From positions 206,212,001 through 206,276,000 of the forward strand of contig OZ024741.1 of NCBI GenBank assembly GCA_964016885.1: 64,000 nt of DNA. The letters are read 5' to 3'. The stretch comes from Eledone cirrhosa. Lineage: Eukaryota. The notes beneath the pieces were generated by a model. The model was not told where the DNA came from. It ran no database searches and worked only from the letters and a program-made list of their open reading frames with translations. A program made the position numbers and the translations under genes. Positions 1-13,076 of this stretch are shown in pieces (the first letter of the stretch is position 1; every line of letters begins with the position of its first letter).

Positions 1-173
1 AGACGACGACGACGTCACATTTTGTATATGAGTATGTATGAGTCTGTGAGCCTGTGTGTGTTTGTGCGTTCCTTACGTACGTTACGCCTTAGTAAGTTAC
101 ATACACACACATCTTCACGTAAATACTTAATCAGACACACAGATAATTAAACACACGATTCGGAAGCAGGCCT

Positions 174-272
174 ACACACACACACACACACACGTATACG
201 CACACATTTATACATTCACACCCGCACACACACACGCACGCACGCACGCACACTCACACACACACACACACT

Positions 273-366
<94 letters not shown>

Positions 367-369
367 CAC
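174..369. repeat. (CA)n microsatellite
   Basis: Direct sequence. Confidence 0.95.
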
Positions 370-419
370 TTATATACAATTATCTATATCTATATCTACA
401 TATGGTATAGAATATTGGA

Positions 420-958
420 ACTTCCATCATCCTTTTGAGAAACGTGGACCCGCTACTTCTATGCAATGGCACACACTTTACTGCCCGGAAGATGATGAAT
501 CATCTCCTAGAGGTCACAATTCTTGGAGGAAATCATCAAAGAGAAAATGCATTTATTTCCAAGATTCCTTTTACCCCTTCCTCCACCGAGCTGCCATTCA
601 AATTCTCAAGACTTCAGTTCCCTGATAGAGCCAGTTTTGCTATGACCATACAGAAAGCACAGACTCAATGTCTCAAAGTTGTAAAATTGAATATGAGAGA
701 ATCAGTTTTTACTCATGGACAGTTATATGTAGGTTGTTCGCGCATGGAAATAGCTAAAAATCTTCATATACTATGCATGAACGGTAAAACAAAGAATCTG
801 GTGTATCTGGAAGATTTTTTACTGTTTATTCTTTTTTGTAACACACACCATGATCTCGCCTCATACTGCAAACCAGACAAACATTCAATGCCATCATTTT
901 CTCTTCTACCTGTCTTCTCTTATCTGTTTGCCCGGGCGAAGCTGGCTACGTCAGCTAG
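420..958 (+). mobile_element. Helitron 3' fragment (PIF1-like helicase C-terminus plus terminus)
   Basis: ORF 435-968 carries LCNGT, RLQFP..SFAMTIQKAQ and VFTHGQLYVGCSR helicase motifs, followed by an imperfect GC hairpin (931-946) and CTAG at 955-958. Confidence 0.85.
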
Positions 959-1262
959 TATTCAATAAACAGAGATTATTGTTTCTCAATATTTGTGGCA
1001 ACAGATGTGCAAGTTCAAACTCACAGAATCACATACTTCCGAACAAATTGGTATACAGAACTATTTATTAACAAGCCCAGAGTGATAAGGGTCTACAAGT
1101 ATCATTGAAATACAGGTTCACAGAACCACTAGCTTACAGAAATAAAACTCATAGATCAGCTTAGACAATATAATAAAGCAACGACAATAAGGACGAAACA
1201 GGTATTATATTGCATGCATTCCAGCATGACTTTAGACATGAAAAATAATTAAAAGAAAATAC

Positions 1263-1634
1263 CTTGTATTGGTAGTGCCAAATCTTTGTCAAAACCAACG
1301 CAGAGTGTCTTGGCTATCAGACTGTAAGCCATCATCATCATCAGTAGCGGTAACAGGAAAAGTACAATATCCAACAAAATCTGGTAAACCTTTCCCAATG
1401 TCTTGTCTGGCCATATCTCAATGCAAAGCTTATTACCGTTTCGCATGGTTCGCAACTCTTGGAAAATTGCCACCGGAAGCGTGAATAGTAGCGCCGACAA
1501 CCATCCCCCCAGGATGATCTTGTAGGCATGAGATAAAGTCTGCCAACGTCGAGATCGTAGCGGGTGACAGATAGCAAAATAGCGTTCCAGTGAGAGGGCG
1601 AGCAGAGTGAAGGAGTTCACAGCTACGATGGTGG
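1263..1634 (-). CDS. Internal exon (TM3-TM5/ICL3 start) of a rhodopsin-class neuropeptide GPCR, CCK/sulfakinin receptor-like
   Basis: Translates to ATIVAVNSFTLLALSLERYFAICHPLRSRRWQTLSHAYK...CIEIWP...LLPLLMMMMAYSLIAKTL. The ERY motif and AICHPLRSRRWQT are typical of CCK/sulfakinin receptors. Minus-strand acceptor ttctctttgcAG precedes 1634 and donor GTattt follows 1263. Length 372 bp, phase 1-1. Confidence 0.9.
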
Positions 1635-1653
1635 CTGCAAAGAGAACACATAA

Positions 1654-1788
1654 ATGGTGATAATGATAGTAAAGTTAATGATGATGGTTGTGTTGATGAT
1701 ATTGAGGACGATGACGGTGGGGACGCAAGTGTTAATCACAGTGATGAAAATGATGATGATGGTAATGATGATGATGATGATGATAATA

Positions 1789-1865
<77 letters not shown>

Positions 1866-2110
1866 GATGATGATGATAGTTATCAGAACGGAGACGATAG
1901 TTATGATGCTACTGATTATGGACCTGATACTGCTGATAATGATGATGGTGAACATGCTATGATGGCATTAATAATAGTGATGATGATGATGATGATGATG
2001 ATGATTATAATGATTGTGTTGATGATAATAATAATGATGACAATCACGATGAAGTGGAAACGTCGAACGTGACGATTAGAATGGTGGTAACAATCTTGAT
2101 GATGAGAACA
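1654..2110. repeat. (GAT)n-rich trinucleotide tract abutting the GPCR splice acceptor
   Basis: Long gatgatgat runs. The poly-M and poly-I ORFs here are artefacts. Confidence 0.9.
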
Positions 2111-3839
2111 TGACAATGGCATATTGATATATAGGAAATATGTTATTAATGTTTGTTTGAATTAGTAATACTTAGCTTAATATGATCATCTATAGAGGTG
2201 GGGGTCGAGTACGAAAAATAAATGATTTCAGCTATTGGGTTATGGTCTCTTACGATCTGAGTTTAAATTTTACAAAGGTTCGAATTGCTATTGACTCAAT
2301 CAGTGGTCGATAAAGTATGTTTAAGTTGTTTTTATAGTTGTTGTTGCTTAGTCCCTGGTTATTATTGATGTAGCTGACCTATGATCAGAGGAATCCATTC
2401 GTGGTCACCTCGTCTGATTCACATTGTTCAATGTGACGTTATTTTCTGAGATCGTTGGGTACGATTTGAATGTGATTTAACTGCTAGTTATAGCATCTCA
2501 AAAGACCACGGATACTATTTTTCCTTGGTTCAAATTATTATAGGTACAACCCTCCCTACCTATTGACAATTACCCTAGATGGATTGGGAGATCGTTGGGA
2601 TATCGTAATGCAAGGATGAAACGAAATGGCTCGACTAAGAATCGCACCTTTATCTCATACTCAGTTTGTTGGAAACATCCCCCTGTCCTATGGCACAGAC
2701 ACACGTATAAATAAGTACAGATTCCAAGATATAATTACTACTTTTGTATTGTTATCATTCTAATTGACTTCAACGTTTGTCTAAGAAAGTGTGTAGTGCA
2801 ATAGTATGTTTTAGGCAAGCCGATTATGAGAGGCAGTTCGATTCGTAGCAGAATCCTTTTGCTCTAACGTGAAAGTCAATAGCTGCTTTAGGATGATGTA
2901 CCACAGAAAGTCATTATATTCAGTGGATTTTATGTGAATTTATGAGTTCACTCAACTTTCTTTAAAAATGCATATATAAACAGCGTGTGTTAAATTATAC
3001 TTAAACAAAAAGACAGAATATTCATGGCTCAAAAGCTTTTGACTATAACTCTATAGGATTAGAACTGATCAGGGGAGATAAAACAGCAGCAACAGCAGTA
3101 AAAGAAGCATTACTAGATGCAGCAGCAACAGCAACAACAAGAATTACTACTAGTACTACAACAGCAACAACAACAACAACAACGACTACTACTACTACTA
3201 CTACTACTACTATCCACTATATATTAAACAATAGTATTAAACTTTATTGATGTCTAAAAGACCATGTAAGAATTAGTGTATTTATTTTCAGACAGAAAGA
3301 TGGACATGCTTTCTCTCTCTCTCACCCCCCCCCCCACGCGCGCGCGCACACACATGCACACACAGTCACGCTCACATACATACACACACATACACAAACC
3401 TATCTAGTATATATATTAAAACGTTCGATATATATCGTAGCATAATTCCAGAAGTTTATGAGATTATAATTTATCGGGCTATTAAACATGTTTAGAGATA
3501 TGTAAACTTATAATATGCACATATACTATAGTCTAGATCGGTCTGATCTTGTCTCAAATCGTAGTAAATATGTAAATACACATAGGAAACGTTATTTCAT
3601 CTTTAAAGATGAAGTTAATTGTCCGAAAAATTATAATTTTGTTAACAACTAAATACAAATGTAATTGCTGGATCCCCTGTGGTATAAAAATATATAAAAC
3701 CACGAGAGTTAAGATCTGCAGAAACATCTGTTCATCCATCTATCTATACATATATGTATATGTATATGTATGTGTGTGTTTGTGTGTATGAGTATATGTG
3801 TGTGTTGTGTATATATATATATATATATATAATATAAAA

Positions 3840-5640
3840 TCAAAAGATGGTTAAAAGAGTTCCATGTATTTTATTATGCGCATTTCAAAAACAAATATCA
3901 TCATGGGATGATATTTGCATTCTCATAAGATAAAATAGGGAGACATGATATGAAGCTTAAAAAACACTTGCGAGCAGTGAAGTGTTAAATCAACATATGA
4001 AAAATAAAATAAGATGAATATATGAGATTGGGACAAAAAGGAAAGGAAGGGAGGAAGGAAAAGGTAAGGAAGAGGAAGAAAGGATATAATAAGAAAATAA
4101 ATATAATAATAAGGAAAGGATGAGAGAGGAGGAGAAAATGAGTGAGAGAGAGAGATAACCTTTAATACTGAGAAACACTGTCTCAAATAAAAAAAAAAAA
4201 CGTTGCAAGATAATACATAATTTAAAAAAAATTAAGAAATTAAAAGTTAATGAAGTTTATGAATGGTGATGCTTATGATTAAAGAAAAAGGAATTAAGAA
4301 TACTATTTATTTAAGGTTTATATATTGAAGGGTTTAATAAGATGTGCGAAAAGGAATTTATTAAAATTATTAGAAGATAAGGTGAATGAAGATAAGGTTA
4401 AATGAATTATGAACTTAGAGGAATTAATTAGGGTCCAAGTTTGTTTCTATATATTGTAATAGGAAAGAGTAAATAATAGATTTAATACGAGCACGGAAGG
4501 AGAGAAGAAAGAAAAAATTCAAGGAAGAAAAATATATAACGTCAAAAAAATATGTTTCACTAATGGTAATATTAGTATATATTAAAAATAAAAATTTGCA
4601 TGGCCGAGAATATAAGGAAAATGCTATAGTGAGTTATAATATGAATTAAGAAGTAATTGAGAAGTAAAAGTTGCAGATTAAAGATTAGAAATTAAAAAAG
4701 AAGAAAATTAGGGGACCGCTAACGACATAGTATGAGTAATATTGTATAATATAATGAAATAAGGTAGAAAGATGGGTATATTTCTAAAAAATATAAAAGC
4801 GTTTGAGAAAAGAAGATTTTAAACTAATTAGGTAGTAAGATCTTAGCTGTATACTTTCTGGAAAGTTCTATGGGATTTATGCAAGCAGAGCGAAAATAAA
4901 TCCGTACGTCTATTTATTATAGAATTAAAATTAGAGATAATGGTAAATTTCTCCGCTAGGCAAAGATGTTCTGGATAGGGAAGATTTAAGGTAAGGAGAG
5001 GCGTTGCAAACCTTCCTCCAAGAAATGTTGTAGTTAATATTTTTGTCCTTTAAGGACCATATGAGTTCTGAGAGTGCCGTGTTAGTTCTTTTAAATTGGT
5101 ATTTAAAAGAGGAATTTTTATTATAAAATCTTGCTTTAAAGGAAGTGGAAGTGGAACCAAAATAGATAACAGAATTAGTACAAGTTATAACCTTACATTC
5201 ATACACTAAATTTTGATCAAGACATTGGTTACTAAGAGGACACTTAGTTCTAACAGGGCAATTACAATTACGATTAGAGAAATTACCAGAGTTATTAGCA
5301 AGTAACCCAGTATTATTGAATTGGAGAAGTTACTTACGATAGGTGCTAAAGTTTCCTTTTTTAGATTTATATTATGAACATTCGACAAAGTTACGTTTGA
5401 CGTCGTATTTAAATTTACGGAATCTAGCCTAGAGTTAACATTGACGTCGGGTTTACTATTGCTATTATTATGACGCTCAGTGTTGGGTGGATATAATTTA
5501 TTACTTAATATTTTATTATTATGTTTTGAGATAATGTTAGAGATGCTGGAAGTGGTGGAATAAGAGAATTTAATTGTATGTTTATTAAAGATCTTACTAT
5601 AAATATGCGAAGGAGGGAAGCATTTATCTAAGGCCCTAAA
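3840..5640 (-). mobile_element. Penelope-like element (Naiad-type) 3' portion: GIY-YIG endonuclease relic, 3' UTR and pLTR
   Basis: CNCPVRTKCPL..QCL..NLVYECKV...YFGSTSTSFKARFYN...TALSELIWSLK..YNISW at 4930-5290; ends next to (TA)n. Confidence 0.8.
3867..3937 (-). ncRNA. Decayed type I hammerhead ribozyme (G5U)
   Basis: tattttat-CTTATGA-long stem II-GAAA-TGCGCA-TA-ataaaata: perfect 8-bp stem I and palindromic stem III. Confidence 0.7.
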
Positions 5641-5831
5641 GATAGTTTAGGGCCTTAGATAAATGATATGCCCAGTTCCTGGTTGGGTTGTTATTTCACT
5701 GAGGAACTGGAATCATATGATTCCAGTTCCTCAGTGAAATAACAACCCAACTAGGAACTGGGCACATCAGAGTATCGACAAAGTTAAACACCTTAACAAC
5801 ATGTTTACTCGTCTCTACCACACTAATTCGG

Positions 5832-5886
5832 ACTGCCTGAAGAGGTCACAGCCAAAGATGGCTGTCACCGAAATATATATAACAGT
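5832..5886 (+). ncRNA. Minimal type I hammerhead ribozyme
   Basis: actgc-CTGAAGA-ggtcacagcc/ggctgtcacc-GAAA-TATATA-TA-acagt. Confidence 0.75.
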
Positions 5887-6177
5887 AATAAACGAAGCCA
5901 AATTTTAAACATCTGACTTATTTATTTTATTATATTTTATATATATATATATATATAATAGCGCATGTTTTAAACAGACCAATGGACTCCTTTGTTAACA
6001 TACCAGATCATCAGCTTCATGTTATATCTCACATATTATTTTCATCGTGCCTGAAAGATGCTTTCGTATTTACGACCACGGAAACGTTTGGAAATGTAAA
6101 CAATGTTTGCTAATATAAATATTAACAAATTCCACATTATGTGTTCATTTCTCTTTTCATTCACTGGCGTCCAAACT

Positions 6178-6212
<35 letters not shown>

Positions 6213-6214
<2 letters not shown>

Positions 6215-6415
6215 GAACGAGTAGGATCCCGACGGCTGAGCTCAAGCCGTTTCGACGGCTAGTTCTGGACTAGACAGTCCAGAACTAGCCGTCGAAACGG
6301 CTTGAGCTCAGCCGTCGGGGTCCTACTCGTTCCTATTACCCACTCTACTACCCTAAGTATTGAGTACTTTGGTGCGTTATGGTCCACCTGGTTCCTTACC
6401 ACATTTCCTTCGTTA
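6213..6415 (+). mobile_element. Fold-back fragment of HHR-bearing element family F1 (PLE pLTR-like)
   Basis: Inverted arms 6213-6261 and 6266-6334, each with the HHR 3' half GAAACGGCT..AGCCGTC; flanked by (TA)n. Homologous to 20590-20910, 26171-27260 and 58545-58750. Confidence 0.8.
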
Positions 6416-6889
6416 TATATATATATATACACGCGCACATCCGCACACACACACATATATACTCTTACAGACAAAAAGTAATATCAGTAGTCAGTTAAAG
6501 AAATTTCATATAAAATAGATACACAAACAGCTTAAATAGTCATATAGAATCACCACACAAAGGTCATGTCGAATCATACAGCTAGACATAAACAGAAAAG
6601 CATCTCCATGTATACTCCTACACAAAAAGTCAGAAACATGACTATACATATAATTCAATGAACATTATTATTTTTGAATCGAACAGTTTTGGTGGTGGTG
6701 CTGGTGCTGGTGCTAGTTGTAGTGATGGTGGTTGTTGTGCTAGTGGTAACGGCAGGGGTAGTAGTGGGTGTAGTAGAATATATTACTGTAAAAAAATAGT
6801 GAGACAAATATAGCAAGCAAGAAGGATTGAATATCTGGGTGGTAGGTGATGTGTGAGTGTATATATATATATATATAAATATATACACA

Positions 6890-6953
<64 letters not shown>

Positions 6954-7015
6954 AATTGTGATATATTGGCGGGTATAGCTGCATACGTATATGTGTGTGT
7001 ATATATATATAATAT

Positions 7016-7060
<45 letters not shown>

Positions 7061-7106
7061 CATACAATATATTAATAAATGGAAACTATATTTATAAAAC
7101 CATATT

Positions 7107-7172
7107 TATTTTATTATATATATTTCAAGGGCAACCAAGGCAAATTATGGTGCTCTTTCATCAGATAAAATA
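7107..7172 (-). ncRNA. Type I hammerhead ribozyme, family F2
   Basis: tattttat-CTGATGA-aagagcacca/tggttgccctt-GAAA-TATATA-TA-ataaaata; intact core. Confidence 0.8.
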
Positions 7173-7662
7173 CAGATTTGTTTTATAAATAAATATTGAC
7201 ATACCCGGAAAAAAAGACAACCTTAACGGTTGGAGCTTCCTGGGTAGTGGAGATAATATTTTATTGAGGGTAATACAAAGTTATGAGTGAGTATGCAAAT
7301 GAGTGTCCGAAAAATTGAAAAGATAACGGTTTATTTAAATTAAACTGTTGGAAAAGGAGGATATGTAAGGGAGAGAGAAGAAGAATGAGAGAAGAAGAAA
7401 GAGAGAAGAAGAAAGAAAGAACGATTATACATAGTGATAGTGAAGATAATCAAAGTGAACGCGGAAATAAATTTTAATGAAAGAATATACAGAACGTAAA
7501 TATATCTAAGTGAAAGAAGAAGTGAAAGAGGAAATAAGAATAACGTGGAAGAATAATATTCAGAATGTAGGGTTCATTATGTTGTGATTATAATATTTAT
7601 AATTATAATTTGAAAATTAAATTTTTAAGCTTGTTGAATCCCAACAAATTAAATATAACCTC

Positions 7663-7739
<77 letters not shown>

Positions 7740-7741
<2 letters not shown>

Positions 7742-9020
7742 AAGGCGGGTAAAATTCCCGAGATCCATGGAAGAGTTCTCTCCAGCGGTCTCTGTCCCTC
7801 ATTATCGCTGCCATGTCCTGCGTCTCCAACAGACCAGTGTCTGTCCTTAGGGAATCAACATACGTTAACCTTGGTCTTCCTCTTCTAGTGTGTCCATGTA
7901 GGGACTTCCACAGGAGCACTGAGTGTAATGTCAACTCTGGATGTCGGTGAGCATGTCCAGCTAACCTCAATCTCCTCTGTGTCACTTTTGAGCTGACTTT
8001 TGTGAGGCTCACATACAGCTCTGAGTTTTTCATCCTCAGTGTATACTGATTAATGTTCAGATCCATCCTCAGCATTCTCGTGTAGCACCCATCCACCATC
8101 TGAGTGAGTTTCTTGGTCAGTGTCCAAGTCTCAGACCCGTACAGCAGCACAGACTCCACTACAGCAATGAAGAGGCGGATTTTCAGGTCTTTACGAAGGT
8201 CCGACTTCCACACCGATCTCAAGCTGTGGCACGCCGCCCAGGCTTTGCTCTTCCTCTCAACCACATCATCTTCCATATTCCCAATCTTTGCTCCCAAATA
8301 CAGGAAGCCCTCAACCAATTCTAGCGGCTTCCCGCCTACATTAGTGATCCCCTCTGACTTCTCAACATTCTCTACCAGATATTTTGTTTTAGTCTCATTC
8401 ATTCTCAGCCCCACACTCATCGACACAGTCTCAACCTCCCGCATCAAATCCTCTGCCTCCTTCACTGTATTTGTCACCAAAACTATGTAGTCGGCAAATT
8501 CAGTATCCGATACCTTTTTCGCCCTAACTCTCCTGCTCTGCGCCGGTGCTACAGTAAAGCCAGAGTCCTGGTTTTTCTCCAGTGCAAGGCGCATACAATA
8601 GTCCACTACGATGATAAAAAGGTAGGGAGCCAATGTATATCCCCGGAGAATTCCAGCCAGTATCACAAAGAACTCTGTCATCCCATCAGGTGTAATGACT
8701 TGGGCTTTGGTGTTGGTGTAGAGCAGTGATATCAGGTCCACTATCTTCTTGGGGATTCCATAAGCCTGTAAGATCTTCATCAGGCAGTAACGGTCCACAG
8801 AATCAAAGGCCTTCCTAAAGTCAATGAAAACCATGACCGCAGGAAGGCACTTTGCTCTAGCTCCCTCTAATATCCTCCTTAGCATCAGGATGTGACTGGT
8901 GGTTGATCTTCCCTCTCTGAAGCCGTTCTGGTTGCCGCCGAGCTTCTTCTCCATCTCAGGCTGGATCCTGTTAAAAATCATCCTGTTGAGGGTCTTTGCC
9001 ACAAGTGACGGCAGTGAAGA
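7740..9020 (-). mobile_element. 5'-truncated RTE-like LINE, RT domain and C-terminus
   Basis: QNGFREGRST, FIDFRKAFDSV, LAPYLF, FADY (catalytic D lost), RRLRLAGH, RGRP; flanked by (TA)n. Confidence 0.9.
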
Positions 9021-9044
9021 ACATATATATATATATATATATTT

Positions 9045-10513
9045 AAAAGAATAGAGGTGTAACACACAAGTTATGGTATCAGACATATACTACCATCCCA
9101 CCATCTTCCTTTCAACTCTTGCCACCCTAGACACGTTAAAATTAATATTCCCTACAACTTAGCCACGAGAATCTGTACTATAGTCTCTAATAAAAACACC
9201 TGCTACTTACCGCTACAAGAACTAAAGGACACACTCATGGAATCCAACGTGCCCTAAAACTCAGTACCCAGGACCTTAGACACCCTAAAGTAAATCAACC
9301 GAAACTAAAAGCTCTTCCATACATGTCCACACACAACCCCCTCAACAATGAGGCCTTTGACACCATCCTCCAGAACATCCCTGTGTTGAAAAAGGACCAT
9401 AGAATGAACCAAATCCTACGAACACACGATATCATAAAGAGCAAAAGACAATCTAAGTCAATGAAAAACATCCTAACACATGCCAAAGTACTGCCAACCA
9501 CAACAACGAAACCCACAGTAAAAAATGCGAGACCCAACTGTGGCATTTGCATCAACCTAATAGAGGGTTCGGAATTCTATTTCAAAGAAGGACAACGTTT
9601 TATAGTAAAACACAATTTCACATGCGCATCATAAAATCTAATATATGTATTAACTTGCTCAGGTTGTCGAGAACAATACATAGGCCAGACCAAAAACAGC
9701 CTCCGCCAACGCATGACTGTCCATAGATCCCAAATTAAAATACGGGAATACAGGAAAATACCACTGAGTGAACACATTGATACCTGTGCCGCCCAAAATC
9801 ATCCCAACTTCAGAATCTTTCCCCTCTACAAATTTAAAGATAATGCCACCCACACCCAGCGCATCAGCAAGGCATCTTTCTTTATTAACAAATACGGACC
9901 CCGTCTAAACACTTCTCCCTAAGACGAACCCACAACATACACACGTCAACAAACATACCTAGATCAGCATACATCTCTACCCACATATAAACACAATGAC
10001 ATACGTACACACACATGTCCTATGGTGCAACACAAATATACACAAATTTGCATACCTTTTGATGTCTATAGATATAAACGTTCCGACACACACACATACA
10101 TAAACGCACACATGCATCGCACACTGATGGGCACATACATATTTGTACACAAGTATTCCAATACGGCAAGGCCTAATGAATTCCCCTTGCAGTACGTACA
10201 ATCTGGACACACTCTAGATACATATTTGTGCACAGGTATACAATTTCTGGACACACTCCAGATACATATTTGTGCACAGGTATTCCAATACGGCAAGGCC
10301 TAATGGATCCCCCTTGCAGTACGTACAATCTGGACACACTCACACACACCTTGGTATTATGCCAATACTATATATCATTTCACACCTTTTATTATTAAGG
10401 TTTTTGATGTTCTATTGAGAGAATCCATTTTACTGAAAATATCGAATAATGTACACCATTTTACCAGAAATAAATACTCGTCCACCCCCACACACACATA
10501 CACACGCGTACAT

Positions 10514-10555
<42 letters not shown>

Positions 10556-11340
10556 ACACACACACACACCCCACACACACACACTTCTCCGTATAAGACA
10601 AGAGCTGAAAAATATCTTTTAACATGTTAAAATATCCCCCACACACTTACAGACACATTACTACTAACCATCCCTCTACCACGAATTACTTTGCTACACA
10701 CACACACACACACTTGTCTTAATAGGCATTTGAACTGTCAACAGGCTGCGGTTCGCACACACATCCCTGCTGACCAATAAGAAAATTAAAAAAAAATTAA
10801 AAATTAACTTACTTACTAAAATTTTCACTCCAACTAATTAGTTTCTGTAATGGGATAAAGATAACGTAATATAACCATCTCCTTCCGACTAGCCTCAGTG
10901 TCACGTGATTGATTCTTTAGAATCTGCCATTTGACCAGAGACAGCGAACCTTTTCAGTGCATGGAATCCAGTCCCCGCTAGCTGTTCCATCCACCGAATT
11001 ATTATTATTTTTATATGAGTCCCCAGTGTCCGCGCACTGCCTGGAGACTTAGCTGAGAATAGACTCCCTGATGACGTAATGAATTCTCGATGGTTATATT
11101 ACGTATCTATCTTTATCCCATACAGAAACTAATTAGTTGGAGTGAAAATTTTAGTAAGTTAATTTTTAATTTTTTTTTAATTTTCTTATTTTACGTCTTT
11201 CATATTATTGTTCTGCATCCTCCTGCATTGAAACACCTAGGTACTATGACATAACTTATGTATTTGCTAGCATTAGTGTACATCTGTACGCATATGTTGG
11301 TAGATATACTAAATTCTATATATATATATATATATATATA
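9045..11340 (+). mobile_element. Penelope-like element (Neptune-type) 3' part: RT thumb, Cys linker, GIY-YIG, 3' UTR and pLTR
   Basis: NIPYNLA.RICTIVS; RPNCGIC; FTCAS*NLIYVLTCSGCREQYIGQTKNSLRQRMTVHR; stops and frameshifts present. HHR at 11063. The 3' extent is approximate. Confidence 0.8.
11063..11143 (+). ncRNA. Hammerhead ribozyme with long stem II (base of stem II mismatched)
   Basis: actcc-CTGATGA-cgtaatg...cataca-GAAA-CTAATTAG-TT-ggagt. The inverted partial copy at about 10780-10880 reads cattaca. Confidence 0.65.
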
Positions 11341-11413
11341 TACAGCTCTTAAATATTACTTGAATTCTATAAGAATCCGTCTTCTATAATTTTTAGCGAC
11401 GGCAGGGGAGTGT

Positions 11414-11459
11414 GTGGTCTTGATGAACGCCAACAAGCGAGAACCAGACTGTTGATCAC
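11414..11459 (+). ncRNA. Decayed hammerhead, family F3
   Basis: gtggtc-TTGATGA-acgc/gcga-GAAC-CAGACTG-TT-gatcac; homolog of 22015-22055. Confidence 0.45.
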
Positions 11460-11478
11460 TTTCATACATTCATATATA

Positions 11479-11540
<62 letters not shown>

Positions 11541-11551
<11 letters not shown>

Positions 11552-11596
11552 CGGGGATATCATATTAACAATATGCTATGCCTTCATCAGACAAAA
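11541..11596 (-). ncRNA. Family F2 hammerhead ending at its cleavage site in (TA)n
   Basis: ttttgt-CTGATGA-aggcatagcata/tatgatatcccc-GAAA-TATATATA, running directly into a microsatellite. Confidence 0.65.
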
Positions 11597-11757
11597 TACA
11601 ATATAAACAGTTTTATAGATAAATATATTCGACATACCGTAATAAACATCAACTTCATTTGAAGAGGTTCACTCTAGCAGTATTTGTCGAGTGCTTTTAT
11701 ATCAGTTATAAATATTTACAAGTTGTAACCCATCAATTTTAAATATAACTTTACATG

Positions 11758-11790
<33 letters not shown>

Positions 11791-11794
11791 ATAT

Positions 11795-11910
11795 AGGGCT
11801 TGCAATTGAAAGGTTGTGAGTTCAATTCTCGGACCGGGTGATGTGTTGTTTCCGTGAGCAAGACACTTTATTTCACGTTGCTCCAGTTTACTCAGCTGTG
11901 GAAATGAGTG
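11795..11910 (+). mobile_element. tRNA-derived SINE fragment (octopus OR-like)
   Basis: B-box-like gagttcaattc followed by tgagcaagacactttatttcacgttgctccag. Confidence 0.6.
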
Positions 11911-12074
11911 CCGGCCTGTGACCACCGGCGCCTGTTGGCGCCCGACAGACTGGTCGGTCAAGGTGATCAAGGTGATATATATATATATATATATATAAAT
12001 ATTTGTATATATGTATGTATATATGTATGTACATCCGTATGTATGTATATGTATGTGTTTAGCTGTATGTCTGC

Positions 12075-12137
<63 letters not shown>

Positions 12138-12171
12138 TGTGTGTGTGTGTGTGTATCGTTATTATATATAG

Positions 12172-12461
12172 CAGGCACGGGCAACCTTTTTCGAGAAGCG
12201 GGCCGCATGAGATATGGCTCATCATCAGGCGGGCCGCAAGCGCTAATTTACATTCGTGGCCACATAAAAAAAAAGGCTGGTAATTCAGGTGGTTTTGATT
12301 TGTTTCTTCAGAATTAGTACACGTTGTTTTCCTCGATCGTAAAAATAATAGAAAGATAAATTACGACTGAAAAGCTGGTGTAAAAAATCAGAAAGATTTC
12401 ACTTAGGTGACTTAGACAAGCCATTCAGAAAGCTTCGAAGGCTGCAACTTGCCCATGACTG
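12172..12461. mobile_element. Non-autonomous hAT element (MITE)
   Basis: TIRs CAGGCACGGGCAAC and ..TTGCCCATGACTG with a perfect 8-bp TSD ATATATAG; a second copy lies at 49037-49329. Confidence 0.85.
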
Positions 12462-12842
12462 ATATATAGAAATGACTTTAACTGTGGTTACCCCCGGCAG
12501 CACTGGTGAATCTACTTATTACACACACGCACACACACAGACCTACAAACAAGCACACGGGGTCCAACCTGCTGGCAGCCCTACGACCCCGGCGGACAGA
12601 ATGGAGAAGGCGTTTCCCGGGAGGGTAGTAAGGGAGATGCGCTGGAAGAGCCATTCCATCTCGTGAGTCAAATACCTGCGGCTACCTAGCTCAGCTAGTT
12701 GTTGAGGGTATCACGTTTTCTTGTCGTTCTACTATTGTCGTTCTACTCTTCCTGTCTCCTTAACATTCTAGTTTCCAGCAAGAAGAAAACAATAATGTTA
12801 CGAGAGCAACGAACACGACTAATATTATCATTATTCTGATTA

Positions 12843-13030
12843 CCAATTGGCAGAATCGGTAGAACGCCAGACAATATGACTTGCAGCATAGAGTTATGGC
12901 CCTTTACGTTCTGAGTTCGAATCCCGCTGAGGTTGAATTTGCCTTTCATTCTTACGTGGTCGATAAAATAAAGCACCAGTAATGCACTGGGATAATTGCT
13001 GGCCTCGTGCCAAAAGTAGAAACAATTATC
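12843..13030 (+). mobile_element. tRNA-derived Nin-domain SINE
   Basis: A box tggcagaatcgg, B box gttcgaatccc, then gcctttcattcttacgtggtcgataaaat. Confidence 0.8.
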
Positions 13031-13076
13031 AATACCATTCAGCCCTAGTGGCCATTATAGAAATTTTTATCATCTA

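Noticed and set aside
5960-6100. Additional CTGATGA/CTGAAAGA hammerhead-like cores
   Set aside because: Stems I and II cannot be paired convincingly and GAAA/UH is defective.
10135-10345. CRISPR-like direct repeats
   Set aside because: Only two ~80-bp copies within a PLE 3' UTR in eukaryotic context; a simple tandem duplication.
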